Source of the DNA: Dehalococcoidia bacterium
GTDB lineage: Bacteria > Chloroflexota > Dehalococcoidia > GIF9 > UBA5629
Direction of reading: 5' to 3'
NCBI GenBank assembly: GCA_016930155.1
Contig: JAFGHL010000093.1
Span: forward strand, 38,339-102,338
Length of the DNA stretch: 64,000 nt
Position numbers and translations under genes: made by a program. Position 1 is the stretch's first letter; each line of letters begins with the position of its first letter. Below the pieces are notes generated by a model. The model was not told the DNA's origin and ran no database searches. It was given only the letters and a program-made list of their open reading frames with translations. This document shows positions 42,592-51,965 of the stretch, one piece after another.

Positions 42592-43508
42592 ATAATAAAA
42601 TTGTGATCGGCTCCCGGGGAAGCAGGCTGGCCATGATACAGGCGGAGTCGGTAGCTCGTGAGATCAAGCAGGTTTGCCCCGGGATCGAGATCGAGATCGT
42701 CAAGATTGTGACAGAGGGCGACCGCAACCGCAGCTTGAGCATCGACCCGACCGGCGACATCGGTATATTCGTCAAAGCGCTGGAGGAAGCTCTGCTGAAC
42801 CGCAGCATAGATATAGCCGTGCACAGCCTCAAGGACCTGCCGACCATTCTGCCGCAGCAATTATGCCTGGCCGCCGTGACTGAGAGGCTGGACCCACGAG
42901 ATGCAATGGTCGCCTGTTCACCGCTGGCTGACCTGTATCCCGGCTCTAAAATAGGCACCGGAAGCCTGCGACGTGCTGCGCAGCTCAAACACTTACGCCC
43001 GGACCTGGTGGTCTGCGGCATACGAGGAAATGTGGATAGCCGCCTGCGCCGTGTGAGCTCCGGTCAACTGCAGGGTGTGATCGTCGCCGCAGCAGCGCTG
43101 CTCAGGCTTGGGTTGAGTGGTAAAATAACCGGGTACCTTCCCCTGGAATCATTCCTGCCGGCCGCCGGTCAGGGCGCACTGGCTATAGAGGCCAGGGAGG
43201 GCGACGGAAGAGTGGAGGAGATCATCGGACCGATCAACCATTTGCCCACCTGGCGGGCGATAACTGCTGAACGGGCTTTTGTGCATACAGTTGAGGGAGG
43301 CTGCCGCGCGCCCATTGCAGCTCTGGCCACAGAGCATGGTGATATCATGCAGATTCAGGCCATGGTATCGGACAGGGAAGGGGATGTAATAATGAGAGAC
43401 ACGTATCAGGGTCCGGCAAATCTGCCCCAGGAAGCCGGCGAAAAGCTGGCGCGAAGGATGCTGAAGGCAGGCGCCGCCGGCCTGATAAAGGATGCGAGAT
43501 GCCGCTGA
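42588..43508 (+). CDS. hemC: Hydroxymethylbilane synthase (porphobilinogen deaminase)
   Basis: IGSRGSRLAMIQA, DIAVHSLKDLP, RGNVDSRL and AAGQGALAIE. GTG start overlapping the hemA stop. Confidence 0.9.
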   Translation: MNNKIVIGSRGSRLAMIQAESVAREIKQVCPGIEIEIVKIVTEGDRNRSLSIDPTGDIGIFVKALEEALLNRSIDIAVHSLKDLPTILPQQLCLAAVTERLDPRDAMVACSPLADLYPGSKIGTGSLRRAAQLKHLRPDLVVCGIRGNVDSRLRRVSSGQLQGVIVAAAALLRLGLSGKITGYLPLESFLPAAGQGALAIEAREGDGRVEEIIGPINHLPTWRAITAERAFVHTVEGGCRAPIAALATEHGDIMQIQAMVSDREGDVIMRDTYQGPANLPQEAGEKLARRMLKAGAAGLIKDARCR

Positions 43509-45025
43509 AGAAAGGCAAGGTCTACCTGGTTGGTGCAGGCCCGGGCGATCCAGGTCTGTTTACCCTCAAGGGAGTTGAGTGCATGGCCGGGGCGGATGTG
43601 GTCGTCTACGATCACCTGATCAACAACTTAATCCTTGATCATGCGCCGGCGGCGGCTGAAAAAACCTATGTCGGCAAGAGAGGCGGAAGTTACCATGTCG
43701 GACAGGATGAGATCAGTCAGCTTCTGGTGAGGCTGGCTCGTGGCGGAAAGACGGTGGTGCGCCTTAAAGGGGGCGACCCGTATATCCTGGGCAGAGGAAG
43801 CGAAGAGGCCGCAGCGTTGGGGGCCGCAGGTATCGCCTTTGAAGTGGTGCCAGGCATCTCATCTGCGGTAGCTGTGCCGGCCTATGCCGGAATTCCGGTT
43901 ACCCAGCGAGGGCTTTCATCCTCACTCACCATAGTCACCGGCCACGAGGATCCCACCAAGCACGGTTCCCATATCCGCTGGGACATGCTGGCAAAAATGA
44001 GCGGCACGCTTGTTATTTTAATGGGAATGCAAAACCTGCACCTGATTACAGCGCTCCTCTTAAAATACGGTATGAAGCCGGTTACCCCGGTGGCCGTCAT
44101 CAGAGACGGCACACTGCCGACGCAGTTCACAATAACCGGCACACTGAAAAATATCGCGCAAAAGGCCGCAAAGGCCGGCTTGACTGCGCCGGCCGTAGTC
44201 GTCATCGGCCGCGTGGTAGAGATGCGCCGGGACTTGCGCTGGTTCGAGATGTTCCCCCTTTTCGGCAAACGTGTGCTGGTCACGCGTGCAGGCATCCAGG
44301 CGGGCGGCCTGGAAAGGCTGCTCATACAGCACGGCGCACAGCCCGTGCGTTTCTCATCCATCCAGATATGTCCTATCAGAGCAAAGCACAAACTGGACCG
44401 CAGCATCTCACATTTGCACGAATACGACTGGCTGGCCTTCACCAGCGCCAACGGAGTCCAGGCATTTTTCCATCGCATGAGTGAGATGCAGACAGATTCC
44501 CGCGCTCTGGCCGGCCTCAGGATAGGCGCCATCGGGCCGATGACAGCGAGGGCGCTCAATGCGTACGGTATCACGGCGGACTACATCCCCGCAGTCCATA
44601 CCGGGAAGGGTTTCCTCAGGGATTTGACTGAAGCTGATATTAACGGAAAACGCTTCCTGCTGCCGCGCGCCGACATAGCCGACGATGAGCTTACACAAGG
44701 TCTGAGAAAGCTGGGTGCGCGCGTTGACGATATAGCCGTCTATCATACCATCAGTCCCCGCCGAAACCTGGCACGGTTGAAAGATCTGCTGTTGCCCGGC
44801 AACCTCGATGTAATCATGTTTACCAGCTCATCGACCGTGACAAACCTGCTGGTGGGACTTAGCGATAAAGAGATCAAGCAGATCGAAGCTAAAATAGCCT
44901 GCATAGGCCCCAAGACTGCGGCGACAGCGAAAAAATCAGGATTAAAAGTGGATATCCTCGCCAAGGAACAGACAATGGCGGGATTAATTGAAGCCTTGGA
45001 AAAACACTTCCGCAAGGAGGCCTGA
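43499..45025 (+). CDS. cobA/hemD: Fused uroporphyrinogen-III C-methyltransferase / uroporphyrinogen-III synthase
   Basis: The N-terminal half carries VYLVGAGPGDPGL.T.KG, VVRLKGGDPYILGRG and VPGISS. The C-terminal ~250 aa is HemD-like (VLVTR...FTSANGV...FTSSSTV). Confidence 0.9.
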   Translation: MPLKKGKVYLVGAGPGDPGLFTLKGVECMAGADVVVYDHLINNLILDHAPAAAEKTYVGKRGGSYHVGQDEISQLLVRLARGGKTVVRLKGGDPYILGRGSEEAAALGAAGIAFEVVPGISSAVAVPAYAGIPVTQRGLSSSLTIVTGHEDPTKHGSHIRWDMLAKMSGTLVILMGMQNLHLITALLLKYGMKPVTPVAVIRDGTLPTQFTITGTLKNIAQKAAKAGLTAPAVVVIGRVVEMRRDLRWFEMFPLFGKRVLVTRAGIQAGGLERLLIQHGAQPVRFSSIQICPIRAKHKLDRSISHLHEYDWLAFTSANGVQAFFHRMSEMQTDSRALAGLRIGAIGPMTARALNAYGITADYIPAVHTGKGFLRDLTEADINGKRFLLPRADIADDELTQGLRKLGARVDDIAVYHTISPRRNLARLKDLLLPGNLDVIMFTSSSTVTNLLVGLSDKEIKQIEAKIACIGPKTAATAKKSGLKVDILAKEQTMAGLIEALEKHFRKEA

Positions 45026-46003
45026 ATGTCCGTATTTCCGGAATTACGTATGCGCAGACTGAGAAAAAGCCCGGCGCTGAGGTCGCTGGTGAGGGAAAGC
45101 CAGCTGGATGCCGGCGACCTCGTCTTCCCTCTGTTCGTCGTGGAAGGCAAAGCTATAAAGAGGGAGATCGATGCCATGCCCGGTATCTTCCATTTCTCCG
45201 TGGACAGGCTGGCCGCCGAGGTCGATGAATTGGTCCGGCTTAAAGTGCCCGCAGTGCTGCTATTCGGCGTGGTAGATAAGAAGGACGAGAGAGGCTCGGC
45301 CGCCCTTGATCCGAAAGGCGTTGTTCAGCGGGCCGTGCTGACCATAAAGAAAGCCGCCCCGCAGATGATAGTGATCACCGATATTTGCCTGTGTGAGTAC
45401 ACCGACCACGGGCATTGCGGACTCATAGCCGACGGAGATGTCGATAATGACAACACACTGCCGCTGCTGGCCGCGATGGCCCTTTCCCATGCTTCCTCCG
45501 GTGCTGATATGGTTGCCCCTTCAGACATGATGGACGGGCGGGTTATGACTATTAGAAAAGCGCTGGATGCCAACGGTTTCAGCCGCATACCGATATTGTC
45601 TTACGCGGCCAAATACGCCTCCGCCTTTTACGGGCCCTTCCGGGAGGCGGTGGGCTCAGCTCCCCGGTTCGGTGATCGCAGGTCCTACCAGATGGACCCT
45701 CCCAACGTGCGTGAGGCGCTCAGAGAGATAGAAGAGGACATCAAGGAGGGCGCCGATATCGTCATGGTCAAACCGGCGCTGGCGTACCTCGACGTTATCC
45801 GCCGGGCGCGGGACAGTTTCAATTGCCCGCTGGCTGCCTATAATGTGAGCGGCGAATATGCCATGGTCAAAGCCGCCGCCTCACGCGGATGGATCGATGG
45901 GAAAAAGGTCACTCTGGAGATACTCGGCTCCATCAAAAGGGCGGGAGCGGATATTATCATCAGCTACCATGCCAGGGAAGCCGCTGCATGGCTTGCCGCA
46001 TAG
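45026..46003 (+). CDS. hemB: Porphobilinogen synthase (delta-aminolevulinate dehydratase)
   Basis: RMRRLR, FPLFV, the Zn-site Cys pattern DICLCEYTDHGHCG, and MVKPALAYLD. Confidence 0.9.
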   Translation: MSVFPELRMRRLRKSPALRSLVRESQLDAGDLVFPLFVVEGKAIKREIDAMPGIFHFSVDRLAAEVDELVRLKVPAVLLFGVVDKKDERGSAALDPKGVVQRAVLTIKKAAPQMIVITDICLCEYTDHGHCGLIADGDVDNDNTLPLLAAMALSHASSGADMVAPSDMMDGRVMTIRKALDANGFSRIPILSYAAKYASAFYGPFREAVGSAPRFGDRRSYQMDPPNVREALREIEEDIKEGADIVMVKPALAYLDVIRRARDSFNCPLAAYNVSGEYAMVKAAASRGWIDGKKVTLEILGSIKRAGADIIISYHAREAAAWLAA

Positions 46004-46013
46004 ATATAATGAG

Positions 46014-47306
46014 ATGAGGACAACTAAAAATTCTGAGCGCCTGTTCAAACTTGCCCGGCGCTACCTGCCGGGAGGTGTGGACAGCCCGGTCAGGGCCTTT
46101 GGAGCCGTTGAAAGCATACCCCGCTTCATAGTTGAGGGCAACGGCTCAAAAATCCGTGATGCCGACGGCAACAGCTATATCGACTATGTCTGTTCCTGGG
46201 GTCCGCTGATACTGGGGCACGCAGAGCGGCGCATAGTCGAAGCATTGAGACACGCGGCGGGAAAGGGCACGAGCTTCGGAGCTGTCACGGAACTGGAGAC
46301 GCGGCTGGCTGCGATGATATGCAAAGCCTTGCCCTCAATGGAGATGGTGCGTTTCGTCAGCTCGGGTACCGAGGCAGCCATGAGCGCCATCCGCCTGGCC
46401 CGCGCTTTCACCGGCAGGGACAGGATCATCAAGTTCGCCGGATGCTATCACGGGCACTGCGATAGCCTGCTGGTCAGCGGCGGCTCCGGCATGGCCACGC
46501 TCGGCATACCTGACTCTCCCGGCGTGACAGCATCCACTGCCCGGGATACGCTGGTGGCCGGCTACAACGATCTGGACTCGGTGCGCAGGCTGTTCGCCGG
46601 GTATCCGGACAGTGTCGCCGCCGTTATAGTTGAGCCCATAGCCGCCAATATGGGTCTGGTGCATCCCGCCAGTGGCTTCCTTAGCGGCCTGCAGCGCCTG
46701 GCCAGGGCAAATGGAGCGCTGCTCATCTTCGATGAGGTCATAACCGGTTTTAGAGTAGCCTACGGCGGCGCCCAGCAGCTTTATAAAATAAGGCCGGATC
46801 TCACCTGCCTGGGGAAAATCATCGGAGGTGGCCTGCCGGTGGGCGCCTACGGGGGACGGCGTGACATCATGCAGATGGTTGCGCCGTCTGGAAAGGTTTA
46901 CCAGGCGGGCACACTCTCCGGCAACCCGCTGGCCGTGACTGCCGGTATAACCACACTCGAGATACTGAGAGACCCGTCCATCTATAAGCAGCTTGAGGAT
47001 AAGGGAGATCTCCTGCAGGAAGGGCTGGCCGCCTCCGCCTGCGACGCTTGCATGCCGCTGTCCATAGCACGCCAGGGATCTCTGCTCACCGTATTTTTCA
47101 GCGCACAGGCCATCACGGATTATACCGCCGCCCGCAGCTGCGACACGGCCGTCTTCGGGCGTTTCTTCAGGGGAATGCTGGAGCAGGGTATCTACTGGCC
47201 GCCCTCCCAGTTCGAAGCAGCCTTCCTGTCGCTGGCCCACAGCCGACAGGACATCTCCGTCACAGTCAAAGCAGCGCGACAGGTCCTCAAACAGATACAG
47301 GATTAA
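46014..47306 (+). CDS. hemL: Glutamate-1-semialdehyde 2,1-aminomutase
   Basis: LPGGVDSPVRAF, SWGPLILGH, FAGCYHGH, DEVITGFRV and LGKIIGGGLPVGAYGG. The internal ATG at 46014 lies just after the hemB stop. Confidence 0.9.
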   Translation: MRTTKNSERLFKLARRYLPGGVDSPVRAFGAVESIPRFIVEGNGSKIRDADGNSYIDYVCSWGPLILGHAERRIVEALRHAAGKGTSFGAVTELETRLAAMICKALPSMEMVRFVSSGTEAAMSAIRLARAFTGRDRIIKFAGCYHGHCDSLLVSGGSGMATLGIPDSPGVTASTARDTLVAGYNDLDSVRRLFAGYPDSVAAVIVEPIAANMGLVHPASGFLSGLQRLARANGALLIFDEVITGFRVAYGGAQQLYKIRPDLTCLGKIIGGGLPVGAYGGRRDIMQMVAPSGKVYQAGTLSGNPLAVTAGITTLEILRDPSIYKQLEDKGDLLQEGLAASACDACMPLSIARQGSLLTVFFSAQAITDYTAARSCDTAVFGRFFRGMLEQGIYWPPSQFEAAFLSLAHSRQDISVTVKAARQVLKQIQD

Positions 47307-47308
47307 GA

Positions 47309-47701
47309 CTATTTAATGGCGATAGCCTCTACCTTGAGCTGGAAATTGCCGGGCACCTCTTTGACGGCCACACAGGTGCGTGCGGGCGGCTGCTCGGTGA
47401 AGTACCTTGCATAGACCTCATTCAATTTGGCAAAATCGTTCATATCGCGCATAAAAACGGTCACCTTCACCACCTTCGCCAGGCTGCTGCCCACCGATTC
47501 CAGAGACCGTTTCATGTTCTCCATGACGATTTCGGTGGCCTTGCCGATATCATCCGTGATAATAAGTCCCTTCTCCAGATCCATGGGATCGATGCCCGTA
47601 AGAAAGAGGAATCCACCGGCCTCGACAATGTGTGAATAGGGCCCCGCTTTCAGCAGGAAATCATTATCCATGCACTTCTTTTGCAAAGCAGTTACCTCCA
47701 C
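47309..47701 (-). CDS. ridA: RidA/YjgF/UK114-family reactive-intermediate deaminase
   Basis: GPYSHIVEAGGFLFLTG...ARTCVAVKEVP...VEAIAI. The start is uncertain (GTG at 47701, or ATG 30 nt downstream). Confidence 0.8.
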   Translation of the reverse strand: MEVTALQKKCMDNDFLLKAGPYSHIVEAGGFLFLTGIDPMDLEKGLIITDDIGKATEIVMENMKRSLESVGSSLAKVVKVTVFMRDMNDFAKLNEVYARYFTEQPPARTCVAVKEVPGNFQLKVEAIAIK

Positions 47702-47745
47702 TTAAATCAGTAGTCAAATGTTACAAGTTATGTTAATATCATACC

Positions 47746-48342
47746 ATGTCTGAATACAACCAGACCGAGGAGAAGATCGTTGACGCCGCCCTGTACGTTC
47801 TCCTTGCTCACGGCATCAAGAAAACCACTATCGAGGATGTTGCGGCGCGCTGCGGACTGACGCGGGCCACCGTGTACCGCTACTTTAAAGACAAGAGGCG
47901 CCTGATAAGGGCCAGCATTCTGCACATGGTGAGCGTGCTTGACGAGGCGCTGGGCAGCATGGACAAACACAGGTACTACGATACCGAGAAATCCGCCACG
48001 CTGATCAAGGAGGCGGTGTCTCTAATGCCCAAAGGGGACATTTCCACACGCATTATCGAGCTCAAGCAGCTTTATCCGGAGATATTCGCAGAGTACCAGA
48101 TCGCTCGTCTGGCCTCGATCCGGGGGATATACAGGCGTGTTTTTAACGCGGCTAAGCGGGAGGGACTGATCACCCCTTCTGAGACAGACTGGAACCTGGT
48201 GCAGACGATTCTTTCAGAGGCGACGCTCTACGTTGCCGAGAGCCCGCTGGTGCTGTCGTACGGCACGTCGGTGGGACACATATACTCGGCCGTGCTGGAT
48301 ATCATGCTCTACGGCATCATGGGCAGGCGCAAGAAACGTTAA
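47746..48342 (+). CDS. TetR/AcrR family transcriptional regulator
   Basis: HTH region IVDAALYVLLAHGIKKTTIEDVAARCGLTRATVYRYFKDKRRL. Confidence 0.85.
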   Translation: MSEYNQTEEKIVDAALYVLLAHGIKKTTIEDVAARCGLTRATVYRYFKDKRRLIRASILHMVSVLDEALGSMDKHRYYDTEKSATLIKEAVSLMPKGDISTRIIELKQLYPEIFAEYQIARLASIRGIYRRVFNAAKREGLITPSETDWNLVQTILSEATLYVAESPLVLSYGTSVGHIYSAVLDIMLYGIMGRRKKR

Positions 48343-48346
48343 CCGT

Positions 48347-49567
48347 TTAACGTCTGCGTGTGCCCGCTGCCCGCTGCGGCTGCGTTCTTCGCCCCCCGAA
48401 ACCGGAGCGGCGTTGGCTTCCTTCCTCAGATACTGCGGGGACCGGAGCATCGTAATCGAAACCCTGAAGCTTGCGACGTTCCAGCGGTGTTTTGAGCACC
48501 TTCTCTATCTCTTTAACCAGGTCGGCGTCAGCGGCGGTCACGAATGTCAGTGCATCACCCTTCTGATCAATGCGTCCGGTGCGCCCGATGCGATGTGTGT
48601 AGGCATCCACGCTTTCCGGCATATCAACGTTGATAACGTGCGAGATGCTCAGCACGTCTATTCCACGCGCCGCGATGTCCGTGGCCACCAGTATCTTAAC
48701 CGTGCCGTCGCGGAAGTCGTCCAGCGCCGCCTGACGCCTGTTTTGCGCCAGGTCGCCGTGCAAAGCCGTAGCCCTGAAGCCCGACCTTTTCAATTGCAGT
48801 GCAACGCGATCGGCGCGGTGCTTGGTGCGGGTGAAGACCAGCACCGAGTCGGTCTCGAAACTGCGCAGCACTGCGCTCAACAACTTTATTTTAAGGTGCT
48901 GTTTCACGGGATAGATGCTGTGCGACACGGTATCAGCCGGAGCAGCATGCCCGATCTGCACTGTAACAGGAATTCGCAAAGCCTCCTGCACCAGCCTGCG
49001 TATGTCGGGTGGCATGGTTGCGGAGAAAAGCATGGTCTGCCTGGGCCTGACAAGGCACCTTAAGATGCTCCTGATATCGGGTAGAAAACCCATATCGAAC
49101 ATGCGGTCGGCTTCGTCAATGACCAGCATCTCAACGAAGGAAAGGTCTATAGTGCTTTTCCATATATGGTCGAGCAGGCGGCCCGGGCAGGCAACTATGA
49201 TATCGACGCCGCTGCGCAGCCTGCGTATCTGCTGTTCCATGCCCACACCTCCGTAAATGGAGATGCTCTTCAGGCCGGTGTACTGTCCCAGCGCATCGAT
49301 GGCCTCGCAAGTTTGTTCGGCCAGCTCCCGCGTGGGCGAGATGACCGCGGCGCCGATGCGCCCGCGCGGCAGTTTCAGCAGACGGTCCATCACCGGCAGC
49401 AGGAAGGCTGCCGTTTTGCCTGTGCCGGTCTGCGCCAGCCCAATGATGTCACGCCCCTGCATGATGGGAGGTATAGCCTGTATCTGTATGGGTGTAGGCT
49501 CGGTATAACCCTGTGCCCGTACACCCTGCATAATGTTTGGATCAAGATTGAAATTTTCGAAACTCAA
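48347..49567 (-). CDS. DEAD-box ATP-dependent RNA helicase (RhlE-like) with an RG-rich tail
   Basis: Q-motif GYTEPTPIQ, AQTGTGKT, PTRELA, DEAD (VIDEADRM), SAT, ARGID and HRIGRTGR. Confidence 0.9.
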   Translation of the reverse strand: MSFENFNLDPNIMQGVRAQGYTEPTPIQIQAIPPIMQGRDIIGLAQTGTGKTAAFLLPVMDRLLKLPRGRIGAAVISPTRELAEQTCEAIDALGQYTGLKSISIYGGVGMEQQIRRLRSGVDIIVACPGRLLDHIWKSTIDLSFVEMLVIDEADRMFDMGFLPDIRSILRCLVRPRQTMLFSATMPPDIRRLVQEALRIPVTVQIGHAAPADTVSHSIYPVKQHLKIKLLSAVLRSFETDSVLVFTRTKHRADRVALQLKRSGFRATALHGDLAQNRRQAALDDFRDGTVKILVATDIAARGIDVLSISHVINVDMPESVDAYTHRIGRTGRIDQKGDALTFVTAADADLVKEIEKVLKTPLERRKLQGFDYDAPVPAVSEEGSQRRSGFGGRRTQPQRAAGTRRR

Positions 49568-49616
49568 TGAATGCCCTCTTTAAATAGTCTATTTAGCGGG
49601 GTTCGGGCCATCCGAG

Positions 49617-49658
49617 GCTTGTGATAATTCTGGAAGGATTATAATAAGCTTGTGATAA
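49617..49658. repeat. Two direct copies of GCTTGTGATAA spaced 31 nt start to start
   Basis: Copies at 49617-49627 and 49648-49658, in the divergent helicase/diguanylate cyclase intergenic region. Confidence 0.6.
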
Positions 49659-49803
49659 CCTAAACTTGAACTATTGATCTATTATACAATAAAGATTGAC
49701 AAACAACCTAATAAATACTAAATTGAAATTGCAGGCCGCCTTGGGGGAACATATCCGCAATATGTCGTAACGGATCAGCTTCTAAGAATATACGGAGGTA
49801 TCT

Positions 49804-50808
49804 ATGCCGGAAGAAGAGGCCAAAACCAAGAAACAACTTATCGCTGAATTGCAGAAACTACGCAAGCAGATCAACCAGCTTAAAGCTCTGGAAAGCGAAT
49901 TCAAAGCCATCGAGAAGGAACTGAGGAACTCCGAGCATCAATACAAACAGCTATTTGAGCATGCGCAGCACGGGATTGTGATACTGGATGCGGATACGGG
50001 GCACATTCAGCGCGCCAATCCCCACCTGTTAAAGATGCTGGGCTATTCGCATGATGATCTGCTGGGAAAAAACCTGTGGGACATCGAGGCGTTCATAGAT
50101 ACCGAGAAAAGCAGAGCCGCGGCGCACCATCTGAAACAGAAGGACCACTTGCGCTATGAGGATTTCCCTCTGGAGACGAGAAACGGGCGGCGGCTGGATG
50201 TGGAGATAGAATCCACCGTATGTAAGATCAATGACAACCGCGTCGTCCACTGCAATATCCGCGATACGTCGGAGCGAAAGCGCCTGGAGCGGGAATTACG
50301 GCTGGTAGCCACACACGACGCGATGACCGGGCTGCCCAACAGGACGCTCTTCCGCGACCGTGCGCAGTTAGCAGTATTACATGCTCAGCGCCGGAAAAGG
50401 AAAGTGGCCATACTGTCGCTTGACCTCGATAAGTTCAACACTGTGAACGAAACCATGGGCAACGCGGTGGGAGATAATTTATTGAAGGCCGCCGCCGATC
50501 GCATGACGGCTTTGCTGCGTAAGAGCGACACAGTGGCGCGCGTGGGCGGAGATGAGTTCGCAATGGTAATACCTGAGATCGATGATGTCGGCAGTGTGGA
50601 CAAGGTCAACCACAAGATTGTAGACGCCTTCAGACATCATTTCCTGGTAAACGGCCACAAAATACTGGTCACCATCAGCATCGGCACAGCTGTATTTCCC
50701 GATGATGGAAGGGATATCGATACGCTGATAAATTGCGCCGACAAGTGCATGTACTACGTGCGCTCAAATGGCTGCAACAACTACAAGATATCCTCAGGCC
50801 AGAAGTGA
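49804..50808 (+). CDS. Diguanylate cyclase with an N-terminal coiled coil, a PAS domain and a GGDEF domain carrying an I-site
   Basis: The PAS-like region begins around YKQLFEHAQHGIVILD. GGDEF domain contains THDAMTGLPNR and RVGGDEFAM, with RKSD (RxxD) five residues upstream of GGDEF. Confidence 0.85.
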   Translation: MPEEEAKTKKQLIAELQKLRKQINQLKALESEFKAIEKELRNSEHQYKQLFEHAQHGIVILDADTGHIQRANPHLLKMLGYSHDDLLGKNLWDIEAFIDTEKSRAAAHHLKQKDHLRYEDFPLETRNGRRLDVEIESTVCKINDNRVVHCNIRDTSERKRLERELRLVATHDAMTGLPNRTLFRDRAQLAVLHAQRRKRKVAILSLDLDKFNTVNETMGNAVGDNLLKAAADRMTALLRKSDTVARVGGDEFAMVIPEIDDVGSVDKVNHKIVDAFRHHFLVNGHKILVTISIGTAVFPDDGRDIDTLINCADKCMYYVRSNGCNNYKISSGQK

Positions 50809-50829
50809 GTTCCTCCCATTTTCACCTGA

Positions 50830-51945
50830 TCAGACCTGCGGCATAACATCACGGATATCTCCAAAACAGGTCCCCACCGACCTGGCCGAGACTATTAAAG
50901 CGTCGCCGACGGGCACACGCCTCTGTCCGCGCGCAACTTCCTCCAGAGACACTTCCACCAGGTCGTTGCCCTTAACCCCAACCATCTGGCCGAAGCGGCC
51001 TTCCATCAGCATATCCACAGCCTTCGTACCCAACCTGGTGGCGAGCACCCTGTCGAAGGGAGTGGGCACGCCACCCCGCTGCAGGTGGCCAAGGACAACC
51101 GTACGTGTTTCAATCCCCGTCTCAGCTTCAATTTCAGATCCCAGCACAAAGCCAATACCGCCGAGTCGTATCGGATCCGTGCTTTCCTTGACGATCCGCT
51201 GAACCACCTTTTCCCCTCCCTTGGGCCTGGCGCCCTCAGAGATAACCGTGATGGTAAATCTCTTGCCCCGGCAGTCTCTGTCATTCACTTTTTCAGCGAT
51301 GATATCGAGGTCATAGGGGATCTCAGGGATAAGTATAACGTCCGCCCCGCTGGCGATACCTGCTTGCAGAGCGATCCAGCCGGCGTTGCGCCCCATCACT
51401 TCCACGATCATCACACGGTGATGCGACTGCGCGGTGGTGCGCACACGGTCCAGCCCTTCCGTGGCAACGTACACTGCAGAATCGAAGCCGAATGTGATAT
51501 CCGTGCCCCTAATATCATTATCGATGGTCTTGGGTATGCCGATCACAGGCAGTCCGTCCTTATACAACCTGTTAGCTATGCTCAGAGTGCCGTCGCCGCC
51601 GATACACACCAGGCATTCAACCTCCAGACGGACGAAATTATCAATAACGGCCTGCGACAAATCCTTGAACTCCAGGGAGCCCTCTTTTTTAACCGGACAC
51701 CTGTAGGGGTTAGCTTTATTGGATGTGCCCAGTATGGTTCCGCCCAAATTGATAATGCCGGACACATCCTCGTAATGTAGTATCCGGTGCCGGTTGTGCA
51801 GCAACCCCTCGTAACCATCCGATATCCCCACCACTTCCAGCCCCAGCTCGAGCATGGCCTTCTTGGCCACTGCGCGGATAACAGCGTTTATTCCCGGGCA
51901 ATCACCTCCACCCGTCAGGATGGCTATTTTGCTTTTTTTTGCCAC
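50830..51945 (-). CDS. pfkA: 6-phosphofructokinase (PfkA family)
   Basis: IAILTGGGDCPGINAVIR, CIGGDGTLS and IGIPKTIDNDI. Confidence 0.9.
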   Translation of the reverse strand: MAKKSKIAILTGGGDCPGINAVIRAVAKKAMLELGLEVVGISDGYEGLLHNRHRILHYEDVSGIINLGGTILGTSNKANPYRCPVKKEGSLEFKDLSQAVIDNFVRLEVECLVCIGGDGTLSIANRLYKDGLPVIGIPKTIDNDIRGTDITFGFDSAVYVATEGLDRVRTTAQSHHRVMIVEVMGRNAGWIALQAGIASGADVILIPEIPYDLDIIAEKVNDRDCRGKRFTITVISEGARPKGGEKVVQRIVKESTDPIRLGGIGFVLGSEIEAETGIETRTVVLGHLQRGGVPTPFDRVLATRLGTKAVDMLMEGRFGQMVGVKGNDLVEVSLEEVARGQRRVPVGDALIVSARSVGTCFGDIRDVMPQV

Positions 51946-51965
51946 AGATTAATATCCCGGATTGC

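Noticed and set aside
41691-42860. A 389-aa minus-strand ORF, plus the one at 41650-42213.
   Set aside because: Both are antisense to hemA/hemC, which carry unmistakable family motifs. No motifs or RBS support the antisense frames.
48233-49570. Plus-strand ORFs of 276, 113, 134 and 83 aa.
   Set aside because: All are antisense to the DEAD-box helicase gene, which carries the complete set of helicase motifs.
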